DNA of 62,986 nucleotides, the filler included, from Sphacelaria rigidula (taxonomy: Eukaryota): NCBI GenBank assembly GCA_964200075.2. It is 10 parts of 10 records of this genome, joined end to end, with 100 filler letters (N's around TTAATTAATTAA, not from the genome) between each part and the next. Parts side by side here need not be neighbours in the genome. Positions count along the whole stretch, not along the records: positions 25,237 to 31,445 come from CAXNAA020021502.1; positions 31,546 to 37,754 come from CAXNAA020021503.1; positions 37,855 to 44,062 come from CAXNAA020021504.1; 7 more parts are not named here. One strand, 5' to 3'. The translations under genes were made by a program, and so were the position numbers. Below the pieces are notes generated by a model. That model ran no database searches. It saw only the letters and a list, made by a program, of their open reading frames with translations, and was not told the origin of the DNA. Shown one piece after another: positions 25,980 to 38,327 of the stretch (position 1 is its first letter; each line of letters begins with the position of its first letter).

Positions 25980-27661
25980 CCCTTTTGGAACCCTCCCCTC
26001 CCGTCCCAGGGCCAGACGCCTAATTATGCGAAGCGCTGACAAAGAATAAAAGATGTAAACAGAAAAGACCGACGGCAACAATTTCTTCTGTCGAAGACCA
26101 AAGAAGACTTTGGACGCACACGTCATGGATGTACCGAAAATGAAACCCTGGAGCGGCCGGGTTGGGTTTGTCCGATAATAATCACGCAACGGGCGAAGTG
26201 TGTTCAATTGTGTGCATCGACAAAACTCTCGCAAAACACAGTGCAAACTCCTATATATGTGATTTTTGTCAGTAGAATCTGTGAAATACCTCAATTCGAG
26301 TTCGGTCCAGAACCCGTCACATAAGTATAGTTGAACTTAGACTGGCGCACTAGTATACTTGAAATTAGTGTAGTGCATCGTTTTGGTGGGCTGCATCATC
26401 AACACTTCGCGAGCGTAGGAAGCCACACTACACGGCCGGCGACAACGATATGGCGAATCACGTGGAAATCCCGTCGCCACATGTGGAAGCGCTGAAGAGC
26501 GACCCATATGCAATTCACGTTCAGCTGGAAGAGGTGGCTGAGAAGCACGGCCAGGACGCTGCCAGGCGTTTCGCTGAAAAAGCTGCAAGAGCGGTTGGGG
26601 CAGCCCATTGCCCCCCGGCGCACACCGACCCCCGCTCGCTTACCAAACATCAACACAGTAACTGCGGCAAGTGAAAACGCTGCGAGGCAGGCAGGATTAT
26701 GTAGGAGACACCAGGCGGACGTGATTGCAAGCTTCCAGACAGGCGATATACTAGCAAAACGGTCGACAAACAACCGGGACAGCCTTTCGCAACCAGCCTA
26801 ACCCAACTACAACTACAGTCAGTAACTACACTTCACTACAGCCCAGTATAACTGAATAACGATGTAACGGTCTTCCATGCCAGAAGACAGACGGTCCAAA
26901 GGCGATAGCGCCAGCCGGAGTAATACACCTCACGCAGCACAAACTACGGCTGTGCAACGTTCAGACATGACCAACCCCCGGTATAGAGGTGGTGTCGTGG
27001 GAATAGACAGCACAAAGCGCAGGATGATATATGCCGCAATATCACAGCATACAAAGCGACAGCCTGTATCGGATATGCCAAAGTAACGCCCCCCGCCTGC
27101 GCTGCACCAGGAGTATGTAGAACGGCCGGATACATGACATCCTCGTCGCCGTTATGGAATGATCAAACCGCAGTAGCGTGCACGGCATGAGTTTACCCTT
27201 GACACGAAAATATCACGATCACACGCAATACAGGGGAGTAGGTGAACACATCCCCACAGGGCCTGACGGTGACTGTCTGCGAGTACAGACAGTAGACGGG
27301 GGCATAAGTGAGGTAAATGTGCCTTCGGTTTCGCCTTTGTTATTTTAACTTAGGCGCAAGCTTGCTATGATGCGGTGCAAAGCATCTACTGCAGGTGCGG
27401 CGTGAAGATTGCTTCACGGAGAGTCAGCCGTGCACTCTGGCCGGGGTTACAAAACACCGACGGGTCGAACAGTAACAATTCGTCATACCCGTAAAATAGA
27501 GAACCTTCGAACCTTCTTTTCTTTCACCTTCCATGCGCACGGGTCTGAAAAACACACTTTGGGCGAATCGTTTGCTCAAAAGCTGTAGAAAAACAACCAT
27601 TTCTTGCCCGAAAAAACGTCAAATATGAATCGTCAATTTTCCATCAACGGGTCCAAAAGGA
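25980..27661. mobile_element. piggyBac-like non-autonomous element, ~1.7 kb
   Basis: TTAA|CCCTTTTGGAACCC ... GGGTCCAAAAGGA|TTAA. Same terminal motif as 10249-11287. Confidence 0.65.
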
Positions 27662-27856
27662 TTAAACCCAATTTTGATCGATTTTATGCGTATCTTGACA
27701 GGGAAACACATGGATTTTTTGCCCCAAGGGGCCCCCCGAAAGCACATATTGCCCCAGGCTCCCGTGTGTGCCAGCGCACACGGTGACTCCGTTTTTTTTT
27801 TACCGTGGTCGATACTACAGGTACTCCGGAATACGAGTGAAATACCAAGTATTTCC

Positions 27857-27954
27857 GGCATGGGATACTCCACGTAGCCTGGAATACTGAGGATTCCAAG
27901 GGTGTGGCATGGGATACTCCACGTAGCCTGGAATACTGAGGATTCCAAGGGTGT
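27857..27954 (+). repeat. Perfect tandem duplication of a 49-bp unit
   Basis: GGCATGGGATACTCCACGTAGCCTGGAATACTGAGGATTCCAAGGGTGT at 27857 and again at 27906. Confidence 0.95.
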
Positions 27955-29818
27955 GTCGGTAGTCAGCATTACTCAGATCACTCAGTATTCCAAGGGTGTG
28001 TGGACAGGGTAAATGGAATTTACTTTCCCGAATTTGGTGTTGCGATGACCCTAAACTCTACCCCCAAATATGGGGAAAAGTTAGGCATGATCGCCTCACT
28101 CCCCCCCATATCTGGGTATTGCTGGTACGGTCTCAATACTCTACCCAATTTTGGCTGCTTATTAGAAATACCGTCCCCGACACACACCCCTGCAGTATTT
28201 TGACAGTTATGGGTGGGACTGGAGGGCCTAACGACCAAACTCAGCGGCAGCCTGAAAAAAAACTCAAGTGTGGAGGAATAATGAACACGTCAGTAGGTGG
28301 TCGCACCTGTGCCGAGGCCCTCTTGAACAGAACGCACGCTTCATCACTTATAAACTTGGTTTACTATGGGACAGCTCTAGCACGGGAGATCGCGCGGTTC
28401 TCGACACAGGAAGCAAGCCAGCCTACGGCACTTCACCCCCCCCCCCGCATACACACAAGACGTAGGAGAATCCATTTCACATTTTCCTGGCGTCGCGCCA
28501 GCAGCGAGAAAACCCCCTCACAAAGCGCAAAACACCTCTTTTTTGTACGTTTGGGTTTGTTGCGGCTCAGTATCACGCTCAAACGAAAAAGTGAATTAGG
28601 TTGACCTAGCTTGGGTGTGTGGGAAGCGCACGCAAGAAACGGCAGTCCAACCCTCTGCTTTGTCACCGAGTTCTAGACGTTGCGCGATCGGCACTTTTGG
28701 GTTTTTTATTTTAGACTACACACTATATATAGACAGGTCAGCAGAGCCACCATATTTCAACTGACTGCCTGTACATACTGAAAATAATATGTAAACCATG
28801 CGATTTACACCAACTTGCATCTTCGACCAGATTCTATTTTTTGGCACCATGTCACGACATTTGCTTTATTGGTGGCGGTCCGCCATGTGCTGCTCTGTTC
28901 TGTGGGGATGTGTACAAAGGACAACCTCACTTATCATGAGCGAATGTCCTTTCACCCCTTGGCTTGTAGGGGACGAGTTCACCGATGAAACACGGCCGTC
29001 TTGTGACAGACGTTTTCGAGAGAGAACCCAAGGGATGCGCGACGCTGCTGCTCATGGTATCCAAATTTCCGTACTCTCTCGTTCTAGCACGATGTCAGGC
29101 ACGCCTTTCACTGCAGATGCGTTGGTGTGTGGCGGCCACAACTGCCGCTGTTCGTCTTCTTGTCTTGTTCTACTCGCAATGGTGGTAAACGTGGGGTGTC
29201 AGCTCGGGCGCGTGCGCTTCCCGAGTAGTACAGCAGCTGAACACTAGTGCACCAAGAGTTTGCACCCACTGATCTGGAGCGAGTTATGCGGAGGAACAAA
29301 AGCATCTCAACACCGAGCACTCACAGGCTTGAAGATATGTACCATGTTTTTATAGTACATTTCATATGAGCCAGGTCGTTGTTTCTAGGTGACGCATGTA
29401 TTTTTGATTGATATGATTCGTCTGATTACGGTCCAGTTCTTACGCATATAGCGTTTGTGATCCATTTTCGAAATATAGTAACCAAAACCGGGCCCCAGTC
29501 CCACCCATAACAGTTCTCCACGTACTTCGGAATGCCCAGTATTTTCGGCAGTTGATACTCTGGGTACTCTGGAATGCTTGGTAGTTTCGGCAGTAGATGT
29601 CCAGGTGCTCTGGAGTACTGGGTACCAAAAATACTCTGGAAATCCAGACCACTCAGAGGATCGCACTCAACCCGAAGCCCCTTTCGAGTTTTTTGACGGC
29701 GCTTTGGGTACGGTACATTCCGAATACGGGTATTTTTGCTGTGTCCGTACTTCAAGTACTACGGAATAGTCAATACTATTGGAATGGTTTGGTCTCCACA
29801 GTACACCACTGCAACTGC

Positions 29819-31100
29819 TAGAACTCGGAAATGGCACCAGTTCTATTGGCATAATCATCATGATGATAATGGGTATATGAAAACTTTGAATAATGGTTTC
29901 AAAACCATCATTTACCGTTACCGGCTTTACAAGCCGTTGCCGGCTACGTATGCTACATACAGCACACGGCTACAATAGACGGTACACAACATGCGGCAGC
30001 AGTCCTGGGCTGCAGGGCACACTCCAGCGCACACAGGGACGCAGAAGACACGTCAGAGTGCATATCCCGCCCGCCATGAAGACCATCGGCGATGTAGTCG
30101 GCGCGGAAAATCGCAGCAGCGACACCACAGATCACGCGGGTGCGAAAGAGTCTGAGCCGGAACAAGTGCAGCCACCGGGGAAGACTCCCGCTCGGGAGGA
30201 GGTACACCGACTCAAGACTTGGGACTCGATGGGTGAAAGGGTTCTCCGAATTCATACTCGAGGTTGCCTTCCCGAGTTTGTAGTATGTATTCTATGCCTC
30301 AGACAACAGCGTTGGGTGGGCACCGAGATCAAATACGGGAGGAGCAAAGCGTCCGGAAACCTTCTCACACATCTCGAATCCACTACACTGGAGGGGCGCA
30401 AGGGTTTTTGGCGAGTGTGCAAGGGGTTGCCAACAGCGGGAACAGCACACAGTAAGCAAAACGGTCGGGAGCGATGGAGCAAACACTATTTCGCAGTCGG
30501 CGCTCACGTAATTCTTCAAGTTTGAAGCTCCGTCCGCAACGCAGGGACTCTGCAAAATGATCGTGACGGGAGTATCTCCCGCTGTCGATAAGTCGTACCA
30601 CGGCACAGTTTTCGCTTTTCAATTTTGTACATTGTGAGCAAATTGAAAACTTGAACTTGAGTACCATCAATACCGCAATTTGGACTGTGCTGTACTGACT
30701 GTTGTACCACATACTGTATTACTGCACTGACGTGCAACTCGACGCAAGATTTCCTACAACTTCTTGATACCGTGTACTGTTGTTATGCACAGGTAAATGC
30801 CGTCAGAGGAGTCACGGGCTTGAGCATGCTGAAGAGTGAACCCCTGAACGAGGGCGACCCTATCGTGTTTAATGACCCGCTGCCTCGGTGGAAACTTCGT
30901 GCGCGCAGCTTCCCATTGTTCGCAAGAGTAGCCCGTCGTGCTCGCCATTCCTGCCAGCTCTGCTCAATCTGAGTGGCCTTTTTCCTATCACTGGGCAGAC
31001 AATAACCAAAAAGCGGGCCTGTCTTTCCAGCGACCACGTTTAGCTTTTGGTCTTCTTGCGGACGGCGTGGCCTACAGCAGACGCATGGGCTGCGCAGAAA
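29819..31100 (+). pseudogene. Internally deleted hAT transposon with a transposase pseudogene
   Basis: Terminus TAGAACTCGGAAATGG. BED-finger-like VCILC..EIKYGRSKASGNLLTHL (~30280-30380). hAT C-terminal dimerisation motif DPLPRWK..FPLFARVARR/LAIPASSAQSE..FS/TGQTITKKRACLSSDHV*LLVFLR across frameshifts (~30870-31065). Confidence 0.85.
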
Positions 31101-31581
31101 AAAATAGCGTGTCAAAGGCAATGTTCGATGTTCTGGCTATTATAGTAGTAGTGTCAATGCCACACGTTGACGTTGTGGACTTTGTGGAAGTATTGTCTTA
31201 TGGTTGACTTGTCAGCGTTTCTTACAAGTTCATCGGAGTACTGCTTTTGTTCTTCTAGTGTGTGCTATTTCGGGATATCTCCTAGTCCGGCGTCGCATCT
31301 AGCTTTCTTTATCGAATAGTGCATTTGCATTGCTCTTGCCTTTGTCCCCATTCCATTCTTTTTTGTGTGTTTTTTTCACACCCTGGACAATAGACGGCAT
31401 CTATTGCGATAGCAATAGAATCTGCTACAGTAGATACCAATATTGNNNNNNNNNNNNNNNNNNNNNNNNNNNNNNNNNNNNNNNNNNNNTTAATTAATTA
31501 ANNNNNNNNNNNNNNNNNNNNNNNNNNNNNNNNNNNNNNNNNNNNGGGGGGGGGGATTAGTACACGAAAATCTCTCCTCAC

Positions 31582-31760
31582 CATATCAAATAATCTTCAG
31601 TGCTGCTGACGAATTTCCCACGCACGTCGTCGCTATCCTCCGTGTTCGTGTACAGCACAGAATCGTCTGGGAAACCGTCGCTTGAGAGCATTCCGACCGC
31701 GATGATGTCATCGCACCCATCGGCGTCGCTACTCTGTGCATCGGCTACCGCATCGCAGCA
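31582..31760 (-). CDS. Possible exon fragment, Asp-rich
   Basis: Open frame (DADGCDDIIAVGMLSSDGFPDDSVLYTNTED) ending at ATG|GTGAGG. The acceptor is unclear. Confidence 0.3.
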
Positions 31761-32051
31761 AAACAACGCGAAGAAGCAACAGCAAGCCGCGGCAAATAAG
31801 ACAACAATCAAGAACAAAGCAAAGAACAGAGGACAAAAATGAAAGAGAAAACAAAAAAAATGAAAAAAAAAACAGCGGAAAACCGAGACATTCACACACA
31901 CACACACACATACCCCGAAAAAAAAACGGGTAAAGACAAGAATAAAAAAAGAGACAGAGAATACGGGGACATGGAGATCTTGGCCGTAAGAGCTTATATA
32001 ACTTGACGGCCAGAGTGATATCAAGAAACGCCAGCGACATCATTGTCAACC

Positions 32052-32225
32052 ATGTTGTTGTTGTTGTTGTTGTCGTCTTCACATTAAAAAACCGTTCCGA
32101 TATCTGCGCCGTACATTCGTACTGGGCATTTGATGCGGACGCCTTCCGTGGTCACAGGCTAGCAAAAAAAAAAAGAAGAGAAAAACAATATAGACCTAGA
32201 TTGAAACTAACAAAACGCGATACAA
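32052..32225 (-). mobile_element. Retroposon 3' end with a (CAA)n tail, family B
   Basis: TAGCCTGTGACC..GCGTCCGCATCA.ATGCCCAGTAC..AATGTGAAG followed by (CAA)n. Other copies at 44179-44387 (-) and ~49880-50290 (+). Confidence 0.8.
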
Positions 32226-32370
32226 GCCAACCAGGGATAAATAATAAAAAAGAAAGAGAATACACATGGCTGACCTCATGAACCGCGAAATCACTGCACG
32301 GCGACGTCACACCGCGTAAAAGATTAAAATGTACACGTACCCTTTCTGGACTACAGCTGTACCTTATCAA

Positions 32371-32686
32371 GAGAGTTCTTGGGGGTGATTGGATCTAGGC
32401 AAATTCAAGCACGCTTGCCCATCATGAGGTATTGCCGAGATTTGTCCAAGCTTTCAAGGGTGTGCTGGGTAGGATTTTGAGTATTTGAAAAATCGTACTC
32501 TCGAGCATCCAAGCTTGGGTCAAGTATTAGATCGTACTCAACTTTCGACCAGATATTTTGTAGAGTCTTGCGATCGTACCCAACTTCACCCAATTGTGCC
32601 AATTGGAGTTCAGAGATAGGGCCCTCTCGCAAGACGAATTCGGAAGAGTGAATACCCGGGTATTCATCTTACCCCAATACACTCTC
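32371..32686. mobile_element. Short TIR element (GAGAG termini, possibly Sola-like)
   Basis: GAGAGTTCTTGGGG ... CCCCAATACACTCTC, flanked by TCAA and ACAA. A related fragment lies at ~55748-55860. Confidence 0.45.
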
Positions 32687-32801
32687 ACAATTCTTGGTGG
32701 CACTGTTTCATTTTGTGGGCTGAGCGTACTTCCTGTTAGACCTCTTACAATGGGCTACTACTGCTGTTATGGCATTTAAAACACCCACACATATATACAT
32801 A

Positions 32802-33336
32802 CTTCCTCTGTCCCATAAGTAAAGGTACCTAAACTTGTACGGGCCCTTAACAACGTCCGATCGTTTTTTTTCCATGAACTCTACGGTGTTTTGTTGGCTC
32901 AAGAAAATGTGTTTAAAATTTGCAGTTCGTGCTTGAACGATGCCGCCGAACGGCTGCAAGAAAAGTAGTCGGCCCAAAAATGGCCGTTTTTTGCCCCTTT
33001 CCGAGGGGAAGAAAAATGTCCTTTTTTTTTCCCAATCGCGTGGGACTTCCTGGCAGCAAGCCCAGTGAAGGCAGGGGCGATTAAAAAAAAATCAAGAAAA
33101 AAATCAAGAAAAAAATCGATACTTTTTTTTCCCCTCGGAAAGGGGCAAAAAACGGCCATTTGGGGGCCTACTACTTTTTTTGCAGCCGTTCGGCGGCATG
33201 GTTCAAGCACGAGCTGCAATTTTTAAACACATTTTCTTGACCCAACAAAACATCGTAGAGTTCATATAAAAAAAAAAGGGGTTATCGTTAAGGGCCCGTA
33301 CAAGTTTAGGTACCTTTACTTATGCGTCAGAGGAAG
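32802..33336. mobile_element. Tc1/mariner-type (Stowaway-like) MITE
   Basis: TA|CTTCCTCTG...CAGAGGAAG|TA, with near-perfect inverted arms of ~215 bp. Confidence 0.85.
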
Positions 33337-33345
33337 TATATATAA

Positions 33346-33712
33346 TGGAGCTCGGAGATGGTTTGTCCGACCATGAACCACTTAAATGGTTACGCGTAGC
33401 GCCATTAACCAGTTAAACGATACATGACGGTTTGGTCACCGAGCGGCGCACCCGCGAGCCAAAAAGCCTCCTCCCAGCAAAGGCGGCCCCGCCTGAGGCG
33501 CCGTGCCGGAGACACGTTTTCACACCGATTTGGCTTCATTAGAGCTAAAAAGTACGGTATATTTCGGCCAGTCTTCAAAAGCTGTACATAGCACACATAC
33601 CCGGTATAGGTGAATAATGGTTTAAAACCATCATTAAAAAATTTCATACATTACCATTATGAAAATTACAATGATGATGGCCAGTGATAACTGGCACCAT
33701 TTCCTAGCTCAA
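33346..33712. mobile_element. hAT-type MITE
   Basis: TGGAGCTCGGAGATGG ... CCATTTCCTAGCTCAA, with 8-bp flanks ATATATAA and ATATATGG. The right ~100 bp are homologous to the hAT end at 29819. Confidence 0.65.
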
Positions 33713-34091
33713 ATATATGGTGCCTTGTTCGAGATACGCTCCGTAGGGCGGGCAATCTCCTCATGTGATGTTTAGAGAGTAGCTGGACTTTTAAACAATT
33801 CGCACTGGTGTCAAGTCGAGCAAAATGTCTTTCACATAGCTCTCTTTCCTCGACGCGTTATCGGACTCTGGTCGAGAGGCATGTAGCTGACCAGGTTTCA
33901 CGAGGACACGCCAATCCTCTTGCAAAAGAATGCTGATGCTCTCAACGTCATATAGGGCGTCTCGGACGTCGCGCATGAATTGCCAGTGGGCAATCCATGT
34001 GTGATTTATGCCCACAAGACATCAACACCAAGACATGTGGACAGACGAACGATTTAGTAGTGCGGCAGGTCTGCCTCGCGCACGTGCCGGT

Positions 34092-34215
34092 CGCCCTGGT
34101 GCTTCAGTTGGTATCCCCAAATCCTTTTGACGGTTGGGTCGTGGGTTCGAATCTCGGCGCAGCCACACGATCGGGCTTTTCTTCTTCACGCAAGTGCTCA
34201 ACAGTGGAGAACGAC
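34092..34215 (+). mobile_element. tRNA-derived SINE 5' part
   Basis: A box TGGTGCTTCAGTTGG, B box GGTTCGAATCT. The downstream body is shared with 55575-55635. Confidence 0.65.
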
Positions 34216-34311
34216 CATGTTGCAAGACCAACTTGTCTGGCGACCACTCCCGAATCTGGCAGGACTCCAATCTGTGCCATATCGGGGGTCTCAGACTCGC
34301 GAATCTCAGAT

Positions 34312-34313
<2 letters not shown>

Positions 34314-34385
<72 letters not shown>

Positions 34386-34575
34386 ACGCCAGTCTACACA
34401 TTTCGGTATATGTGGGCGCACCAGCCGGGGTCACACAGGAGGAAGGCCAACACAGGACTTCTTTTCTGTATTTTCCTTTCGTTCTCCACCTTCCTTCTGC
34501 GGTGCTGGCCTGATTTTTATCGCGATAAGGGTTCCGCAGTCCATTTCCCTCGTCGACCGTGAAGTCGAATTTTCG
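34314..34575 (-). mobile_element. Retroposon 3' part with a (CA)n tail (microsatellite 34314-34384), family C
   Basis: Homologous copies at ~37110-37210 (-) and ~55640-55746 (+), each ending in (CA)n. Confidence 0.8.
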
Positions 34576-36279
34576 TGGCCATGGCTCCACAGATTTATTG
34601 AAATTGTTCTGTACACCGAGGAGCATTTTCTGCAGGGGTGTGGTGTCACAATGAAGCTGAAGAACAGGCAGGCAGCAGTGAATCAGCTTCCAAGAGCAGC
34701 GTCGTACCGTGGTACCCCGGGATATAATGCAGTGCAGTACACTCCAAGATCACAGTATATGGTGATGCCGTGTGGCAATACATGATGATACAGTCGCTAT
34801 GGCGAGAACAGTGCACAGTGTGCGACAAGAGTTCACGACTGCACTCCCGTTCATCGCCCCTCAAGTACATCGACAGCATAATGAAGGATAGAACAGTACT
34901 GGTTGATATGACGATACATACAGTAGCGCAGGGCCGCATAAAATATTACCATCGCAGCGGGGTACGGCGTCAACACTTCTTATCCGCTTGTCAAACCCCG
35001 TGCGAAGCTGCTCTAACAACTGGCGCCGGCAAGCACGCCCTGTGCTATCACTAGACGGTCTGCTGCTGCGGTTGCAAAATATCAAACGCCTATTGCCTTA
35101 TCATCGTACGTCACTTCCTGCAGATTCGGGGGACCTCGATTTCCGCCCGATCCGCGCTCAGATTCGGGGAAGACCGTTCTCAAATCGTGACAAACGAATC
35201 TGAGCTTCCCCAATTCAGGCCAAATTGGGATCCATTCTCATGGTAGCGCCGCACGTTAGCAGCATATTGAGGGTCACACGGATCTCGACAGAACGAGGGG
35301 AGCGGGCAAGGGCAAAGCAAGTGCTGTAGGCACAACCGACACCAGGGCAACACCGGAGGTAACGGATATACAGCCGACGCGGCTGTGTCGCTAGAATGCT
35401 TCAATGACGACAACCACCCAGTGCTCTACGGTGGTGGGCGAAGGCACAGCGGGAGTATCCCCACGTCGCCATCCTAGCCCGCAAGTACCTTGTAGTTCAA
35501 GCTTCATCTCTTGCGTGCGAACGCGTATTCTTCGTAGGCGGTCTTGGGGTACGAAGACCCGAAACCGCCTTAGTGGGGATCGGATAGCAGATGTCGTGTT
35601 TCTACACGAAAACATGAGGCATGACCTCTGGTACACATTACTGCTATCCTGCCGCGTAGTCCATACAAGGCGTTCCCGGATCTGGGGTCCCTCGACCTGC
35701 GTACAGGTTCGTTTTTGTGACTGCCGTACAATATGGTGTGAGCGTTCGAGTCTTGAAATTATGCATACGTGCTCGGAAGAATGATAGCGAGGTCACGCGT
35801 TTGGCTTCCACTCGATCGGGGTTTCCGCTTCCCCAAACTCCGGCGTTACCAATGTTCCGAAATGGCTTCATGTGCCCTTTTCCCCTTCAACCCCTTGACA
35901 GCGAGAGTAGGCTCATCTGTTGAAGATCGTCATGAATTTCACTCGGAAAAAGCAAGCATGGTTCAGATGCACTATTCCAGCGATCTACGGGGTCAACCCT
36001 TTGACCGCGAGGGTGGGTCACCTGCCGAATCGGCATCAATTTTCACTTGAAAATAACACTTTGACCTCACAGACCCCAATCAAAGGAAAAACAAATGGCA
36101 TCTTGTATGATGGTTCCAGATATGTGCACAGTACAGTGCACATAACCAACTTACACCTCTGTTATAATCAGGGTCATTGGCAGCACAGTCTGCAACAGCA
36201 GGGCAGAACGGTAGATAACAGCCCCCTGAGTACGACAGAATCAGCCGTGGGGAATGGTTATCTCCAAGGTTGTGTTCTG

Positions 36280-36730
36280 TAGGGTACGGGCATATTCGGT
36301 ACGGTGCAAGATTCCTTACAGAACTCACAGAAATATCGGGTACCGGTATGAAAGTCTTGCAGAAAAACCGTACTGGTAATCGAGCGTTTCTTCAAGAGCA
36401 TACCCGCGCTCCGGGTACGGGTAAACATTCACATTCTGTACAGATATCACAGAACTGTCGGGTGAGGGCATGAGAGGCTCACAGAACTCACAGAAACTGT
36501 CGGGTGGGGTATGGATGGTGCACAGAAAACCGTACCCGCAACCGGGTGTCTTATCAAGAGCATACCCTTGCCTCCCGGTAACGGTACGGGAGGCTTACAG
36601 ACCTCATAAAATTATCGGGTAAAGGTATGGAGTCTTGCGGAGATCACGGAACTATCGGGTACCGGTATGAAAGTCTTACAGAAATAACAAATCTGTACGG
36701 TACGGTAAATACCCGGGAAAATATCTCGGG
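36280..36730. repeat. Array of ACAGAA(CTC)ACAGAA and CGGGTA motifs; probable DNA-transposon subterminal repeats
   Basis: Recurrent units such as TCGGGTACCGGTATGAAAGTCTT.CAGAA. Begins TAGGGTACGGG. Related motifs at 37700-37754. Confidence 0.7.
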
Positions 36731-37035
36731 TTGAACATTGTTTTCGTGAGATCCAGAGTAGAGGGTACGATTGAGAGTGAAAAGCGATCAATTGCAGTAG
36801 TGAATTAATCATTTCAGTTCCGAAATGCCCCTTTACAAGGCCCGATATGCTTCTGTAGGAGCTTGCCACAGAGGCCCTTGATATCCCTGAGCACGATATC
36901 GACGTGTAGACATAATTACACGCTGGCGAACGTAGAGGCACGGTAGAAAAAAATGGCCAAGTTGAAGCGAATGACCAAAGCCACTCTCGATCAACGCTTT
37001 ACTCTCAATCTCACAAAAACGTTGTTTACTGAAAA
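36730..37035. mobile_element. Degenerate inverted-repeat MITE
   Basis: Arms carry ACTCTCAATCTCAC.AAAACGTTGTTT. Another copy at ~38630-38730. Confidence 0.5.
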
Positions 37036-38130
37036 CCGTACCCTACAGGGCACGACCTCGGTTTGATCATCACCCCTGTAGTGGGAGCCCGACGTCATTA
37101 GAGAGGCGAAGTGCGTGTGTGTGTGTGTTGTCGTCCCATTTATTCTTGACGCCGGTCTAAACCTTTCGGTATATGTGGGCGTACCAGCCGGCGTCACACA
37201 GGAAGGTCATCGACAAAACTTCACGCCGTTTGAAGGAGTTAGACCTTGAAATCTTGCACAGGTGTTCGATGGGTCGATACGCAACTGTCGAAAGTCGAGT
37301 TTTTGTTTTTACTTCTTGACTTATTTTACCGTTTTACCGGGGTCCCAGTTTTTTCGGGGAAACTTTGATCCAGTCGACTGGACCCCTGTTAGACGGTAAA
37401 AAAGTTTCCGGGGTCAATTCGATAAAACGACTTGGATCATGTCCGACCCCCGAAAAGCAGTGAAAAATCCAAGAAGTGGAAAAACCTCGGTGATCGAGAC
37501 TTGCGTAATGATCCATAGCACAGTTGTGCAACGTTTCAGAGTCTAACTCCCAATAACTGCGTGAAGGTTTGCGCGTTTGTGCGAGGATGTGAGCCTAAAA
37601 CGTGCAAACTGCTAACTACTTGGTTTTAGTATGAAATTTTTCGGGGGGTGAATTTCACGTCATGGAAGGAAAAATTGTATGAGATTTTCACAGGCATCGT
37701 AGGTAAGGTACCGTACCGAGCGTACCCTCGGTATTTACCGGGGTATCCCATACCNNNNNNNNNNNNNNNNNNNNNNNNNNNNNNNNNNNNNNNNNNNNTT
37801 AATTAATTAANNNNNNNNNNNNNNNNNNNNNNNNNNNNNNNNNNNNNNNNNNNNCAAGCGACAGCCACGTCTTATACACTGCCTTATGGGTGTCTCACCA
37901 TGGCCGGTTCGGGGGTGGGCTCTATCATTCTCTTTAAGTTGACCATTTTTTTCATTCTGTATGTGCTCGTCTTTGCCTGTAGCACTGGTATGTGCTTACA
38001 GCTACACGTCGAAATCCTACTCAGGGATATCAAGGGCTTCCGAGATGAGCTACTATAGAAAGCGTATTGGGCTCCATGGCAGTATACCACTTATTCCGGA
38101 ACTGTCCATTTAGGCCTATTTGACCCTAAA

Positions 38131-38327
38131 AGTGGTATCGCGATAGCATCGCGATAGAAAGAAAGACAAATTTCTCTATCGCGATGCTATCGCGATGGAC
38201 AGAAATGGCCAGGATTGGCATCGCGATAGCATCGCGATAGAGAGGAATGGCTTTTTTTCTATCGCCATACTATCGTGATAGAAAAAAAGCCATTCCTCTC
38301 CATCGCGATGCTATCGCGATACCATTG
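38131..38327. repeat. Palindromic array of ATCGCGAT doublets (probable MITE)
   Basis: Eight perfect and two variant ATCGCGAT sites arranged as five pairs. Ends TGGTATCGCGATAGCATCGCGAT and its reverse complement. Confidence 0.8.

Noticed and set aside
27857..27995. CRISPR-like repeat (also considered for 48925-49170 and 58090-58397)
   Set aside because: The units are contiguous tandem copies with no unique spacers, there are no cas genes, and the context is eukaryotic.
34092..34166. Functional tRNA genes (also 7905-7985)
   Set aside because: A and B boxes are present, but the acceptor and anticodon stems do not form. Treated as SINE heads.
33997..34785. Long ORFs at 33997-34785, 40271-41098 and 50012-50426
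   Set aside because: They are open only because they run through microsatellites or T-rich UTRs.
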